From Octopus vulgaris (taxonomy: Eukaryota): 64,000 nucleotides of DNA. The DNA lies in the NCBI GenBank assembly GCA_951406725.2, contig OX597823.1, forward strand, positions 111,972,001 to 112,036,000, written 5' to 3'. The notes below the pieces were generated by a model, which ran no database searches, had not been told where the DNA came from, and was given only the letters and a program-made list of their open reading frames with translations. Of this stretch, positions 15,227 to 28,477 are shown in pieces; the stretch's first letter is position 1, and every line of letters starts with the position of its first letter. Both the position numbers and the translations under genes were made by a program.

Positions 15227-15327
15227 GTTGTCGTTTAACGTCCGCTTTCCCTGCTGCAATGGGTTGGACGGTTTGACTGAGGACTGGCAAGCCAGAAGGC
15301 TGCATCAGGCTCCAACCTAATCTGGCA

Positions 15328-15330
<3 letters not shown>
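15188..15330 (-). mobile_element. Family D tail
   Basis: (atc)n followed by gtttaacgtccgctttcc...gggttggacgg. Confidence 0.75.
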
Positions 15331-15361
<31 letters not shown>

Positions 15362-16028
15362 GTGCTTTTTGTTTGTCTAAGATTTTTTAAAATAATTAAT
15401 AACTTTAAAGAATGTCTTTCTTCATATATTGTGACTGTATTAAGTACTTTTTGCCAAAACATTTAAATATTAGTGTGGCATTGCATGTTCAAGTGTGTGT
15501 CTGGGTGTACATTTATACATGCATATGTGTGTGTGTGTGTGTGCATGTATACATACACATTCACACACATGTTAGTGTTTTTCACTAGAGAATTTCATTC
15601 AAAGTCAAAAGGTTTTACTACGTAAGACTAAAACCAGCAACTGTTGTGCTGTAATGCTGTTCTACCACACAACCAGAACTCATCAACAATATACTTTGTA
15701 TTGAACAATAAATTATTAATACTACCTGCAAGTTCAAGTTTGATCTTTTTATTAAGGACAGTGCATCGTTATAACTGTTTATTTTGGAAATGAGATTGCA
15801 AAAGTCTTGAACATCAGTCTAATAAATTTAGGAATGTTATTGTTCGGAACCAAACCTGAAGTACTAATAAGAAAGTAGGAAAAATCCTTAATAAAAAAAG
15901 ATGGAACTTGAATCTAGTCATGCTTTTGATATAATATAATGTAATATAATATATATAATGTCTAATAAAATATTATATTACACACACACACATATATATA
16001 TATGCATATATGTATATGCATACATGTA

Positions 16029-16102
<74 letters not shown>

Positions 16103-16115
16103 CATATATGTATAT

Positions 16116-16167
<52 letters not shown>

Positions 16168-16188
16168 CATATATATATATATATATGC

Positions 16189-16240
<52 letters not shown>

Positions 16241-17059
16241 GTATGTATGTATATACATGTATATATGTATATATATATATATATATGTATTTATGTATTT
16301 GTATGTATACTGCACTAGGGATCCATTTTAAAAGCAGAAATCAAGATTAAGTGCTCAATAAGTCTAAGTTTTGAGTATTATAATATAATATATGTATACT
16401 GAGTCAAGAAAAGAATTGAAAATTTTATATGTTAAAACAAAATATATATCTTACTCCATCTCTCCTTCTGTCTGTCTGTGTCTCTCTCTCTTTCTCTCTA
16501 CATCCTGTTTTCCTTTCTCACTATATAAAAAAGTAATATATATATCATCATTTATACATTTATATTTTATAAATGTGTGTATGTGTCTATGTATATATAT
16601 GTTATAATCATAAACAGTTCTATATCAATATTTTTTATGAGATGAATATATTTTCTTAAAACATTTCTGTACCATATTCCTGTTCTCACTATCTACATGA
16701 ATTTTTAAAAATCATCATAAGAATTGCATCTGGAGAAATAGTTGTCTGCTACTGGTGAAGAATCAACATAATTGAATTTCTGTGAATAGCAAAGTTAAAA
16801 GACAATCTTTTAGAAATTCATGATGCAATTCTGTTGTGAGTCTCAATGTTATTTTACTTCAACCAGGAAGCAGAAATTATTAACTTAGACTCTGCTGTAG
16901 AGTATGTGTGAAGAGATGTGTTGAACATTACAATTACTTGTGTATGCATATATTACAATGAATAGTATATATACACGTACTCACGTACTTTATATGCCAG
17001 TTCACTCATTATAACCAATAATAAATGGATCTCCATTGGCTTAACCAATCATCATTCAG

Positions 17060-17459
17060 TTACTCTCTCTTTTACTCTTTTACTTGTTTCAGTCATTTGA
17101 CTGCGGCCATGCTGGAGCACCGCCTTTAATCGAGCAACTCGACCCCGGGACTTATTCTTTTGTAAGCCCAGTACTTATTCTATCGGTCTCTTTTGCCGAA
17201 CCGCTAAGTAACGGGGACATAAACACACCAGCATCGGTTGTCAAGCAATGCTAGGGGGACAAACACACACACACACGCATATATATACATATATACGACG
17301 GGCTTCTTTCAGTTTCCGTCTACCAAATCCACTCACAAGGCTTTGGTCGGCCCAAGGCTATAGTAGAAGACACTTGCCCAAGGTGCCACGCAGTGGGACT
17401 GAACCTGTAACCATGTGGTTGGTAAACAAGCTACTTACCACACAGCCACTCCTGCGCCT
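17060..17459 (-). mobile_element. tRNA-derived SINE family B, full length
   Basis: Minus-strand head aggcgcaggagtggctgtgtggtaag...ggttcagtcccactgcgtggcaccttgggcaagtgtcttc; (agagta)-like tail; nearly identical to 49663-50070. Confidence 0.9.
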
Positions 17460-17827
17460 ATTTCATCTTCTGAGCAAACTCAGGTTGAATCAGCATGATA
17501 GAGTGTAACAGGGAAGGGCTTTTAAATTTAGGGTAAAATCCATTTGATGACCTTCCAAACTGTTTCTTTCGACCCCTTTTCACTGACAAGATATGGATCA
17601 ACTGAGGCTACAGTAAAAGATAGTTATCCAAAATGCCACACAATGGGCTCAGTTATGGGATCATATTATAAAGTAAACTTTTTAACCCTTGGCTCGAACA
17701 GTGTTCAATTAATACATACATATTTAAACAACCTGTATATGTACACAACACAGTTAGTAGTAGTATATATATATATATATTGAAACTACTAGTATATATA
17801 CACAATGCGACTATATATATATATATA

Positions 17828-18139
17828 TCACCATGATCACCGTGACTAACCAGGCTATCAGATGTTGCTACACATCGCTGGTCACAATACGCTTCGCATT
17901 GTTTTAGCCTTCAAATGACGCCACCTCGCTGGCTAAGCAAGCAGGCCAACAGAAGAAAGAGTAAGAGAAAGTTGTGGCAAAAAGAATACAGCAGGGATCA
18001 CCACCATCCCCTGCCGGAGCCTCGTGGAGCTTTAGGTGTTTTTGCTCAATAAACAGTCTCAATGCCCGGTCTGGGAATTGAAACCACGATTCTACAACCG
18101 CGAGTCCGCTGCCCTAACCACTGGGCCATTGTGCCTCCA
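17828..18139 (-). mobile_element. SINE family C
   Basis: Colinear with 3921-4232. Confidence 0.85.
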
Positions 18140-18148
18140 CACACACAT

Positions 18149-18184
<36 letters not shown>

Positions 18185-18185
<1 letters not shown>

Positions 18186-18338
18186 GTGGCGTTAGGAAGG
18201 GCATCCAGCTGTAGAAACATTGCCAGATAAGACTGGAGCCTGGTGCAGCCTTCTGGCTTCCCAGATCCCCGGTCGAACCGTCCAACCCATGCTAGCATGG
18301 AGAACGGACGTTAAACGATGATGATGATGATGATGATG

Positions 18339-18340
<2 letters not shown>
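18185..18340 (+). mobile_element. Family D tail
   Basis: ggcgttaggaagggcatccagctgtagaaac...gacgttaaac(gat)n. Confidence 0.8.
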
Positions 18341-18375
<35 letters not shown>

Positions 18376-18912
18376 TAAATATACACACATTATAAATACT
18401 ACCAGCATATATATGACTGGATTGCCATTGTCTGAGTTCACATGTATTTAGGGATACCACTCGCCTTGAGGAGTTGATGGACTGCAAGTTATCATTCCTG
18501 TTTCATTTTTGGTTTGGTTTTCAGAGCTGGATGTCTGTCCTAACATCAACCTCTTTACAGAATATTCGGTGAATTTTGTATAAATTTATGTTATAATATA
18601 ACAATGCATTGCATTAACTCTGTTGTGAATCCAATACGCATTCACATTTATCTTCGAGTACAGCCTGCCATCAATCCCTCTCCCTCAGGTCGCTGAGTTT
18701 AACATCCATCACACAAAAATAGCCTCTGAATTAGCTATTATGCATTTTCTCGCTCTCCCTTCTTTTCTATACTATCAGCCTGGTCACAGTAACAGTAGAA
18801 CTTCGTCTTGAAAGGGCCTTCCATTGCCCTCTCATATTTCCATACATTCATTACTCAACCGATATTCTTAAAGACTATCGCCGTCTCAAAAATCTCCAAA
18901 CCTCATCTTATG

Positions 18913-19135
18913 CTCTTTTACTCTTCTACTGGTTTCAGTCATTTGACTGCGGCCATGCTGGAGCACCACCTTTATTCGAGCAAATCGACCCCAGGACTTA
19001 TTGTTTGTAAGCCTAGTACTTATTCTATCGGTCTCTTTTGACGAGTCGCTAAGTTTCGGTGATGTAAACACACCAGCATCTGTTGTCAAGCCATGTTGGG
19101 GGGGGGGGACAAACACACACACACACATACATACA

Positions 19136-19185
<50 letters not shown>

Positions 19186-19796
19186 CACACATACATATAT
19201 ACGACGGGCTTACCAGCACATGTGCTGGTGGAATGTGAGAAACTACATTCAAGCGTGGTTGTTGCCAGTGCTGCTGGACTGACACCTGTGCAGGTATCAC
19301 ATAAAAACACCTTTTGAGCATGAGCATGGTCATTGCCAGAATTACCTGACTGGCCCTCATGCCAGTAGCATGTAAGAAGCACCCACTACACTCTCAGAGG
19401 TGTTGGCATTAGGAAGGGCATCCAGCTGTAGAAACTTTGCCAGACTAGATTGAGCCTTGTACAGCCTCTGACTCACCAGTCCTCAGTCAAACCGTCCAAT
19501 TCATACCAGCATGGAAAGCGGACATTAAACGATGATGATGATGATGAGTTGATTTGGTAGATGGAAACTGAAAGAAGCCCTTCGTATATATGTGTGTGTG
19601 CCTGTGTTTATCCCCCACAGCATTGCTTGACAACCAATGCTGGTGTGTTTACCTCCCCGTGTCTTAGCAGTTCAGCAAAAGAGACAGATAGAATAAGTAC
19701 CAGGCTTACAAAGAATAAGTCCTGGGGTCGATTTGCTCGACTAAAAGTGGTGCTCCAGCATGGCCACAGTCAAATGACTGAAAGAAGTAAAAGAGT
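18913..19796. mobile_element. SINE cluster: B 3' half (-), D (+), B 3' half (+)
   Basis: Family-diagnostic motifs at about 18930-19210, 19215-19546 and 19550-19796. Confidence 0.75.
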
Positions 19797-19926
19797 ATGA
19801 AACTATTTGGTAGCAACTTTGAACATATGTGTTCATGTATATGTATGTGTGTGTGTGCAGATATTCTTTTGTATGTTCCAGCCCTAAGACAGTGGCCATA
19901 CTGGGGCATCACCAGTGAAAATACTG

Positions 19927-19999
19927 TGCCCAACGTGGGGCATGAACCCATGACCCTAAGATTAAGAGTGCCATGCTCTAGCGACTGAGCTAGCCAGGC
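19927..19999 (-). pseudogene. tRNA-Lys(CTT) pseudogene
   Basis: Minus strand gcctggctagctcagtcgctagagcatggcaCTCTTAAtcttagggtcatgggttcatgccccacgttgggca closely matches eukaryotic tRNA-Lys-CTT; anticodon-stem mismatch and altered T-loop/B box; T4 tract just downstream. Confidence 0.85.
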
Positions 20000-20016
20000 T
20001 GTATATACATATATAC

Positions 20017-20448
20017 CAAACTAGCTTGTTAAGAAAATCTCAATTAGAGACAAAAGCAATATTTATACTAAGAAGTGATGTTTATTGCCACCTGAATGTG
20101 GGTGTTCTATAAGAACAAACAATACTGCTATTTTAACCCCAGGAGGATGCCTCCTGCAACTGGTTATGTTGTGCAGTTCACACACAATATATATTGCATG
20201 CAGGGAGAGAACTGCCTGCTATTCTAGCTCAGAGACCACGATATCAAGTGATTTTGATCTCATTTTGATCATCCTCAGTGATGGATACTTGTCTGCTAGA
20301 CATAGCAGTCATTTACCCCAGGTCGCTTTTTATAGAAAAACAATGTCATACAGTGACTGGTTTTGCAACTGGCAAACTAGCTCATTAAGAAAATCTCTAT
20401 TAGAGATGAAAGCTGTATTTGTACTTAGAAGTAATGTTTATCACCACC
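20017..20448 (-). mobile_element. Terminally redundant element (unit about 356 bp) with a hammerhead at 20236-20284
   Basis: Direct repeats of about 75 bp at 20017 and 20373; minus strand ccatca|ctgagga|t gatc..gatc|aaa(G12A)|atca ct tgat|a|tcgtgg. Confidence 0.65.
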
Positions 20449-20485
20449 AAAACATATATATATATACATACATATATATATATAT

Positions 20486-21196
20486 TACAATTTAAAAATA
20501 GGATAAAATCTTCATAAGAATTTATCAAGTAGTTAGCATGAAAAACCTCATAAGAGAAAAAAATCCATCAATTTTTTCACTTAAATATATTTATTTATAT
20601 TATATAGAGGGCAATATTTTTGTAGTTTTGACTTTAAGAGTCCCTCCTAGCGTGTGGCATTTATGTGTAATAATGCCCTCTATATAATATAAATAAATAT
20701 ATTCAAGTGAAAAAATTGATGGATTTTTTTTTCTGTTATGAGGTTTTTCATGCTAACTACTTGATAAATTGTTATGAAGATTTTATCCTATTTTTGAATT
20801 GTAAATTTGACCGGAGTATATTCAATACTGAATTTTTATTCTGAATAAGCATGTTATTACTGAAATGTAATTCGAAAAAGCCCGCCATTTACATAGATGT
20901 ATAAGGGGTGAACATTTCTACATGCTGCATTGGATATGACAGTTGTTCACCTGGTATGTTGTTTTTGTTCATTCATTATAAATCTTGAATTATGCTTGCA
21001 CTGAGGAGTGAAAAGTACATACCACTGCACTGATTACGAAATCACAGTGTGATATGCAGCTGAATTCTGTTTTTAAATGACTTGCTTCTAGAGAGTTGGT
21101 TTTGGTACGATATGTTTATTTATTTTAGTAGTTTTGACTTTACGAGTCCCTCCTAGTGTGTGGTATTTATGTGCAATAATGTCCTCTATATAATAT
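20486..21196. mobile_element. Fold-back plus terminally redundant hammerhead element (unit about 506 bp) in (TA)n
   Basis: Inverted arms at about 20486-20613 and 20674-20804; direct repeats at 20622-20690 and 21128-21196. Confidence 0.8.
20997..21058 (+). ncRNA. Type-I hammerhead ribozyme, canonical CUGAGGA core
   Basis: tgca|ctgagga|gtga...ttac|gaa|atcac agt gtgat|a|tgca; AUA triplet, 5-bp stem III. Confidence 0.85.
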
Positions 21197-21809
21197 ATAT
21201 ATATATACATGCATTTATATGTATATATGTATGTGTGTCTAATTATGTTTGTGAAAATGACTTCATATTTCCTATCATCATCACATGTATTGACTGACTG
21301 ATATCAGCAGCTTTGCAACTATTGTCAACAAAAAACTCATTCAAACACTGTCAGTTGTTTCCAGTTCACCTCATACCTGTGTCCATGATGTTTGTTGCTT
21401 TTGAGACAGGATGATTATTACCTTGCTTGGAAAAGCTGAGGGTTGGCTACAGGAAGAGCATTCAGCTATAGAAAAATCTACAACAATAAAATTCTATATG
21501 ATCCATGCAGGCATAATAAAAGGGGGCTTTGAAATGGTGATGATGATGGTGAAGAAGAAGAAGAAATGAGAGGAAGGAGAAGAGGGGAGGGGGAAAGGAG
21601 GGCAGTGGATAGGAGGCGGCAGGGGTAGTGGCGGTGTCAGCAGCGGCAGCGTTGGTGGCAGTGGTGAAGGAGAAGGAAGGGGTGGAGCGGTATGCAATTT
21701 TGAAATAGGTGGCTAAAGATATTGAAGGAGTAAATGTCTGAAACCAAGTTGGATTAAACGTTTAAAACAACAGAAAGAGAATTAAGTCATTTTGTAATCG
21801 TTTTATAAG

Positions 21810-21840
<31 letters not shown>

Positions 21841-22211
21841 GAGGATGAGAGAGAGAGTGAGAGAGAGAGAGAATGAGGCAGAAACTTCCTGCAATGCTTC
21901 TCTCCCTTGCCAAGAATTAAGCAGAGCCAATGAAAATGCACTCATATTACATAAAAAAAAATTCTAGTCAAAAATATGAGATCCTAAGATTTTGAATAAA
22001 GGGATCATAAAATAGAATTCTTAGAAACTCAGTGATACATGAGTTAGCTATTGGTTTACATGGATACACAGACACACGCATACATGCACACACACACATG
22101 CATGCACATACGCACATACACATACACAGATTGCACAGTTGATGTCTTTTCTCATATCTCCTCAAATGCTATCTTTGAAATTATTATTTACTATAAAAAG
22201 AAACTGCTATC

Positions 22212-22553
22212 TGTTGTGTCTGGGGAGAGTCATTTTCTTTTTGTGCCTTATTATTTAACACACTCACCGGTAAAATTTCCACTTTTTTCTTATTTTTATT
22301 GTCCTAAAATTTTTTTTGCGTCTTGCAACTTTTTCAATAGTTTTGAATAGTTTTTCAATGGTCAAAACTATGGAAAAGGTTGCAAGATGCAACGAAAATT
22401 TTAGGACAATAAAAATAAGAAAAAAGTGGAAATTTTACCGGTGAGTGTGTTAAATAATAAGGCACAACAAGAAAATGACTCTCCCCAGACACAATAGAAT
22501 ATGCTTCAACACACGAACTCATATAAAGAATCTTGCAAACCAAATCCCAAAAT
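22212..22553. mobile_element. Fold-back hammerhead element with 12-bp TSD
   Basis: Arms at about 22210-22346 and 22362-22498; gaaactgctatc at 22200-22211 and 22554-22565; HHR motif at 22368-22404 (+). Confidence 0.85.
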
Positions 22554-22794
22554 GAAACTGCTATCATTTTCCTGCATGTGCAATACTGCAGCAAACTTAG
22601 AATACAAACACCTTATGCAGTAAGATTATATGTTTTATCTTAGATTTTTTTGAATTAAGACATAACCATACTCAGTTTAATAAACTTTTAAGACCAAACA
22701 TATTTCAGAGTTCACGATTCTAATAACAATTCTAAACAAGGACCATTTTCAATCTTACTCTGATAAGTACAAATCATAATCAAACCACAAGATG

Positions 22795-23010
22795 GCAGCA
22801 AGCAGGCAGAATTGTGAGTACGCTGGGTAAAATGCTTAGTGGTATTTACGTCTGCTGCTACATTTCTGAGTTCAAATTCCACCGAGGTCGACTTTGCCTT
22901 TCATCTTTTCTGGATTGATAAATTAAGTACCAGTTACGCACTGGGGTCATTTTAATTGGCTTTTGTCTCCCTCAAATGTCAGGCCTTGGGCTTGCAGGAG
23001 AAAGGATTAT
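22795..23010 (+). mobile_element. SINE family A
   Basis: ctgagttcaaattccaccgaggtcgactttgcctttcatc. Confidence 0.8.
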
Positions 23011-23094
23011 TAAATCATAAGATTTTTTTTGTCTCAGTATGGTCAGTAAAAGCAGAGCTGACTAGTTTTAATGATTATTTTGGCCACCTCCTCC

Positions 23095-23115
23095 TCATCA
23101 TCATCATCATCGTCG

Positions 23116-23162
<47 letters not shown>

Positions 23163-23211
23163 TTCATCATCATCATCATCATCATCGTCGTCATCATCAT
23201 CATCATCGTCG

Positions 23212-23247
<36 letters not shown>

Positions 23248-23259
23248 ATCATCATCATC

Positions 23260-23301
<42 letters not shown>

Positions 23302-23366
23302 TTCATCGTCGTCGTCATCATCATCGTCATCATCATCATCAGTATCATCATTATCATCATCATCAT
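23095..23366. repeat. (ATC)n microsatellite
   Basis: Direct reading. Confidence 0.95.
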
Positions 23367-23821
23367 CCAGTGTTTTTAATCCGGGTTTTGTCCCAGTTAA
23401 CAGGGGTTGGCTGGATCTACCTCAATGCCATAGCAACTGAGGTAGGTAGGTGCAACCCACCCCAATCTTTGGGCAGGCTGGCTGGCGCCCATTCTCCTTT
23501 GCTATCATGAAGCTTTTTTGGAGCTGGATTTTCAACGGGGAGCATGCCCTTGCTTACCCCCCAACCTCAGTTTCTAGACATGAGTGGTCCCTGAGACTAA
23601 GGCCTCTACCATTATTTTTAAGAAATGTGGTGGAAAACTAGCTCAGGAAGGCAGGGACGCTACTCCCTGCTGAGACCTCTTTCAGAGTCTTGACTACTGA
23701 AGTAACATGTTTTTGTCCATAGAGAAACAGCTTTCTGTTGTTCTTTGAAGTAGTTAGATATTATTGGTTATCGCAATCCATAAAATTCAGGCAGAACTAA
23801 ACTAGGCGAATCTACATATCT

Positions 23822-26125
23822 GTGGTGGTGGTGGTGGTGGTGGTGGTGGTGGTGGTGGTGGTGATGGTGGTGGTGGTGATGGTGGTGGTGGTGGTGGTGG
23901 TGGTGGTGGCAGTAATAGTGGGATTGAAAACAATGGCCCTAGTGGTGATGGTGGTAGTTAGTAGCGGTGATAATGGTTGTGATAGTCGTAGTGGTGTCGT
24001 CTATGGTAGTGTCCAGTAGTGGTGGGCACGGTTGTTATAATCATGGTTGGTGGTAATGCTGTCTGGTAGAGGTGGTGAGAGTGAAGGTAGTGTTGGTGTT
24101 GGTAATGCTACTGGTAGTGATGATGATGATGATGATGATGATAAATAATGATAATGAGAGTGTTGAGGTAGTAGTAGTGCAAGTGGTGATCAATGGTTGT
24201 AGGAGTAGTGATATTGGTGATGAGAGGTGGTAGGGATGGTAATGATAGTGCTGTTGGTAATACTGGTTTTGGTGGTGGTGGTAGTGTTGGTGTTGGTGTT
24301 GTAGTAGTGACAATGTGCGAGTTGTAGTGGTGATGATAAGAGTTAGTGTGGTGGTGGTGGTGGTGGTGGTAGTGGTGGTGATGGTGGTGGTGGTGGTGGC
24401 ACTAGTAGTGGTATTGGTTGTGAGGTGATGATGGTCATTGTATCGGTTGTGGTGGTATTGGTAGTTGTGTGGTGTTGGTGGTGTTGGTAGTGGAATGGTG
24501 TCGGCAATGATAGTCATTAGTGATGGTGGTGGTGGTGACGATGATGGAGGTAGAGATGATGATAGTGATGGTAGCAGTGGTGGTGGTAGCAGTGGTGGTG
24601 GTAGCAGTGGTGGTGGTAGCAGTGGTGATGGTAGCAGTGGTGATGGTAGCTGTAGTGGTGGCAGTGATAGCGGAGGTTGTAGTGGTGGTGGTAGTTGTGC
24701 CTTTGATTATGATAGCAATAGTAATATTGATGACAGTTTTAGTAGTAGTGGCCACGGTGGGAGGGTGATGTGCCAATGGTGATGGTGGTGACGATGGTAA
24801 TAGTAGTGTTACTATTGTTGTTGTTGTTGTTGTTGTCTGTGGTGGTGGAGGTGGTGATCTATAGTGAAAAAGCTTAATGATGGAGGCAGTGGCTGTTGTT
24901 GTTTAACCCTAGGCTCCAATAACCAAACAGACCTATGATCAAAGGGATCCAGCCTCTGACCCTCCCATCTTTTTTTACTGGTATATAACACCACATTATT
25001 ATCTAATGTGTGCTTTCATCATCTAAAACAGTGAGGTGTGATTGGAGGGAGATTAGGCTCCTATTTCAGGCAAGTGGAACCCACTTCATAGAAGCTCCCT
25101 CATTTCCTTGGTGACGGCAACAGTGGTGGTGGTGGCGGCGGTGGTGGTGGTGGTGGTGGTAGTGGTGGTGGTGGCGGTGGTAGGGATGGTGATGGCGGCA
25201 GTGGTAGTAGTGGTGGTGGTGGTGGTGGTAATGGTGGTGGTAGTGGTGATGGTAGTTGTGGTGGTGGTGGCAGTGGTGATGGCAGGGGCAGTGGTAGTAG
25301 TGGTGGTGGTGGTAGTGGTGGTGGTGGTGGTGGTGGTGGTGGTAGTGGTGATGGTGGTAGTGATGGTGGTGGTGGTGGTGGTGGTGGTGGTGGTAAAGGC
25401 AGCAGGGGGTTAGTGATGATGGTGATAATGGTTGTAGTTTAGGCAGTGGTGGTGTGTGTGTGGTGGTGGTCAGTGGTGATGGATGGGCTGGATGCTTGGG
25501 TCATGATAACAGCAGAAATGGGCGTAGAATATTCCAGAAATCTGTGGACGGACAGAAAAAAAAATTGAAGGAAAGCAATGTAAAAAAAAACAAAAAAAAA
25601 GGGAGGCAAAAATATGCGATAAGGATAGTGAGAGGGAAGGAGGAGGAAAAAGATGAAGAGGAGAGAGAGAGAGAGAGAGAGAGTAAAAGAATGTGCATAA
25701 AGACAGAAAAGAGTGCAAGGGTGAGGGGGAGAGAGAGGGATGGGTAGAGGGGAAATATCAAGAGATAGAGGAAAGTAGCAGGCTGAGGTAGATACATTGT
25801 GTGAGAGGGGGGGGTAACTACAGGAATGGCAGTTTAGTAAAAAAAAAAAGGGACTTATTTGAAGAGAGGTAGGGGACTAGTGGTGGTGGCGGTGGTGGCG
25901 GCGGCGGTGGTGGTGGTGGTGGTGGTGGTGGTGGTGGTGGTGGTGGTGGTGGTGGCGGTGGTGGTGGTGATGGTGGTGATGGTGGTGGTGGTGATGGCGG
26001 ACGGTTTGGTTGGTGGTACTGGTTGTGGTAGTTCAGTGGTAGTTCAGGTAGTGGTGGTGGTAGTACTAGATGTGAAGATGATGATAATGTTAACAATGAT
26101 GATGATAATGATGATGATGGTGATG
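23822..26125. repeat. (GGT)n/(GAT)n-rich low-complexity region with an old interspersed repeat at about 24895-25105
   Basis: Direct reading; the 24.9-25.1 kb motif resembles those at about 14.45, 26.25, 39.5 and 61.35 kb. Confidence 0.85.
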
Positions 26126-26652
26126 TGAAGACTAGCAGCGATAGTAGTAGTAGTAGTAGACCCAGTGGTCATTTTTCCAATTCAAGGAACGCTGCTCTTG
26201 TTGTTCAGTACTAAATCAACGATGATCATTAGTGCTCTTTCCATGACCATCCTGTCCTATTGTGTATCAAGGGACTACATTTCCCAAAATACCTTCCTCA
26301 ATCCAAGAAGACAGTGTGTAATTCAACAGAGATTTCACTGCTATTTTCTGTAGATTAAGTGACCACATAGAGGGCTCGTTATTGTTTTCATTGGTGGTAT
26401 AGTGACTGTTGATGGTGATGACGATGATGATAATGATGACAATGGTGATGATGATGATGATAACACTGATGATGATGATGACCAGGACAAGGGGGAGAAC
26501 GATTGATAGAGATTCATTATACTAATTATTATTAAGAAATTTAACAAAATAGAAAATATATATAAATGCATATATATATAAACATGCATATATACATACA
26601 TGAATGTATGGTGTATATACATATCTGTATGTGTATTTGTACGCATGTGCAG

Positions 26653-26696
<44 letters not shown>

Positions 26697-26875
26697 GTGT
26701 ATATATATATATTTATTTATATACATACATATATTTATGCATACATATATGCAATTCTCTATATTTATATCTATTTATCTATATATCTATCTACATATCC
26801 ATCTATCTGGCTATCTATCCATTTATCTATCTATGTAAAAATACATATGTATTTGCATATACATACATATATATT

Positions 26876-26909
<34 letters not shown>

Positions 26910-27467
26910 GTGTGTATGTAAGAATGTATGTATGTATATGCATATGAGGGAGTGATTCTTTGTATCTATCGGTGTGTGCTTGTTTTATGGGTGATGCTGT
27001 TGTTGCCACGGTCGTGGTTGCAGTTGTTATCATTGTATATTGTTTGGTGGGTGGTGGTGGTGGTGGTGGTGGAGGTGGTGGTGAAGATGGTAGTTTCTGT
27101 GACTGGTAGCAGTGGGAGGTAGGAGTTTTAGCAGTGGCATAGAGAAAACTAATGGTCTGAGCCAGCTAGCCACCACCGACACACACTGACATGCATACAC
27201 ACACATACAGAAGCATATGTTGGTGTCTTAATGCAAATATCTATGTATACACACACACAAACACAGACACACTCACATACACACATAAACGTTCATATCT
27301 ACACACAACTATATGCCTGTATGCCTGCATACGGTTACATTTATCTATCAACTTATATATATATATATGTACATATATATATATATATGTATATATACAC
27401 ATATATGTGTGTGTATATATATATATACATACACATATACACACCCACACACATATGCATATGCATG

Positions 27468-27515
<48 letters not shown>

Positions 27516-27622
27516 TATATATATACGTACATATACGTATATATACATATATATATATGTATACATATATGTATACAGATATATATACATGTACATATAC
27601 ATATATATATATATATACATAC

Positions 27623-27657
<35 letters not shown>

Positions 27658-27698
27658 CATATGTAATATATATACACACACACATATGTGTATGTATG

Positions 27699-27730
<32 letters not shown>

Positions 27731-28296
27731 ATATATATTCATATATGCCTGCATGTGTGCATATATATGTGTGTGTGTGTGTGTGTGTGCATGTGGGCAA
27801 ATGTGTATGTGTATACATAGATCTGTATGGGAGTCTATATGGTATATATGAACACATTCTACCATGCACGCACTCACATACACACACACACACAAACACA
27901 CACACACACGTGCAAATACATACACACCAAAATACTGGCAATCACACACAATCAAATAAAATATATTATCCTTTCAACACATATACATACATGCATGCAT
28001 TACATACACCAATTCTATGTGTTACATCAGGAACATGCGCACAAACATACATATGCAACCAAACGTGCTCAGAATTGTATTGATATATATATATATGTAT
28101 ATGTATGTATGTATGCATGTGCGTAGCAAATGTGCACTTTTGTATTTGTATATATGTATGTGTCTGCATGTATATAAGCATATATAGTCGTTTCACTCTA
28201 CAGGCATGTATATATTTACATGTGTGTGTATATCTATTTATCACTAGATATGTGCATGCGTATATGTGTAAATATATGTGTGTATATATATATATA

Positions 28297-28330
<34 letters not shown>

Positions 28331-28331
28331 C

Positions 28332-28385
<54 letters not shown>

Positions 28386-28446
28386 GTATACATATGTGTT
28401 TATATACATAACTCTTTATATATATGGTATAAATGTATATATATGC

Positions 28447-28477
<31 letters not shown>

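Noticed and set aside
15855-15890. ctgaagtact...agtaggaaa hammerhead-like string
   Set aside because: A9, stem III and stem I are unsupported; likely chance
21880-21955. Enhancer-like cluster with CCAAT and ttacataa motifs
   Set aside because: Short motifs are expected by chance and no conservation data are available
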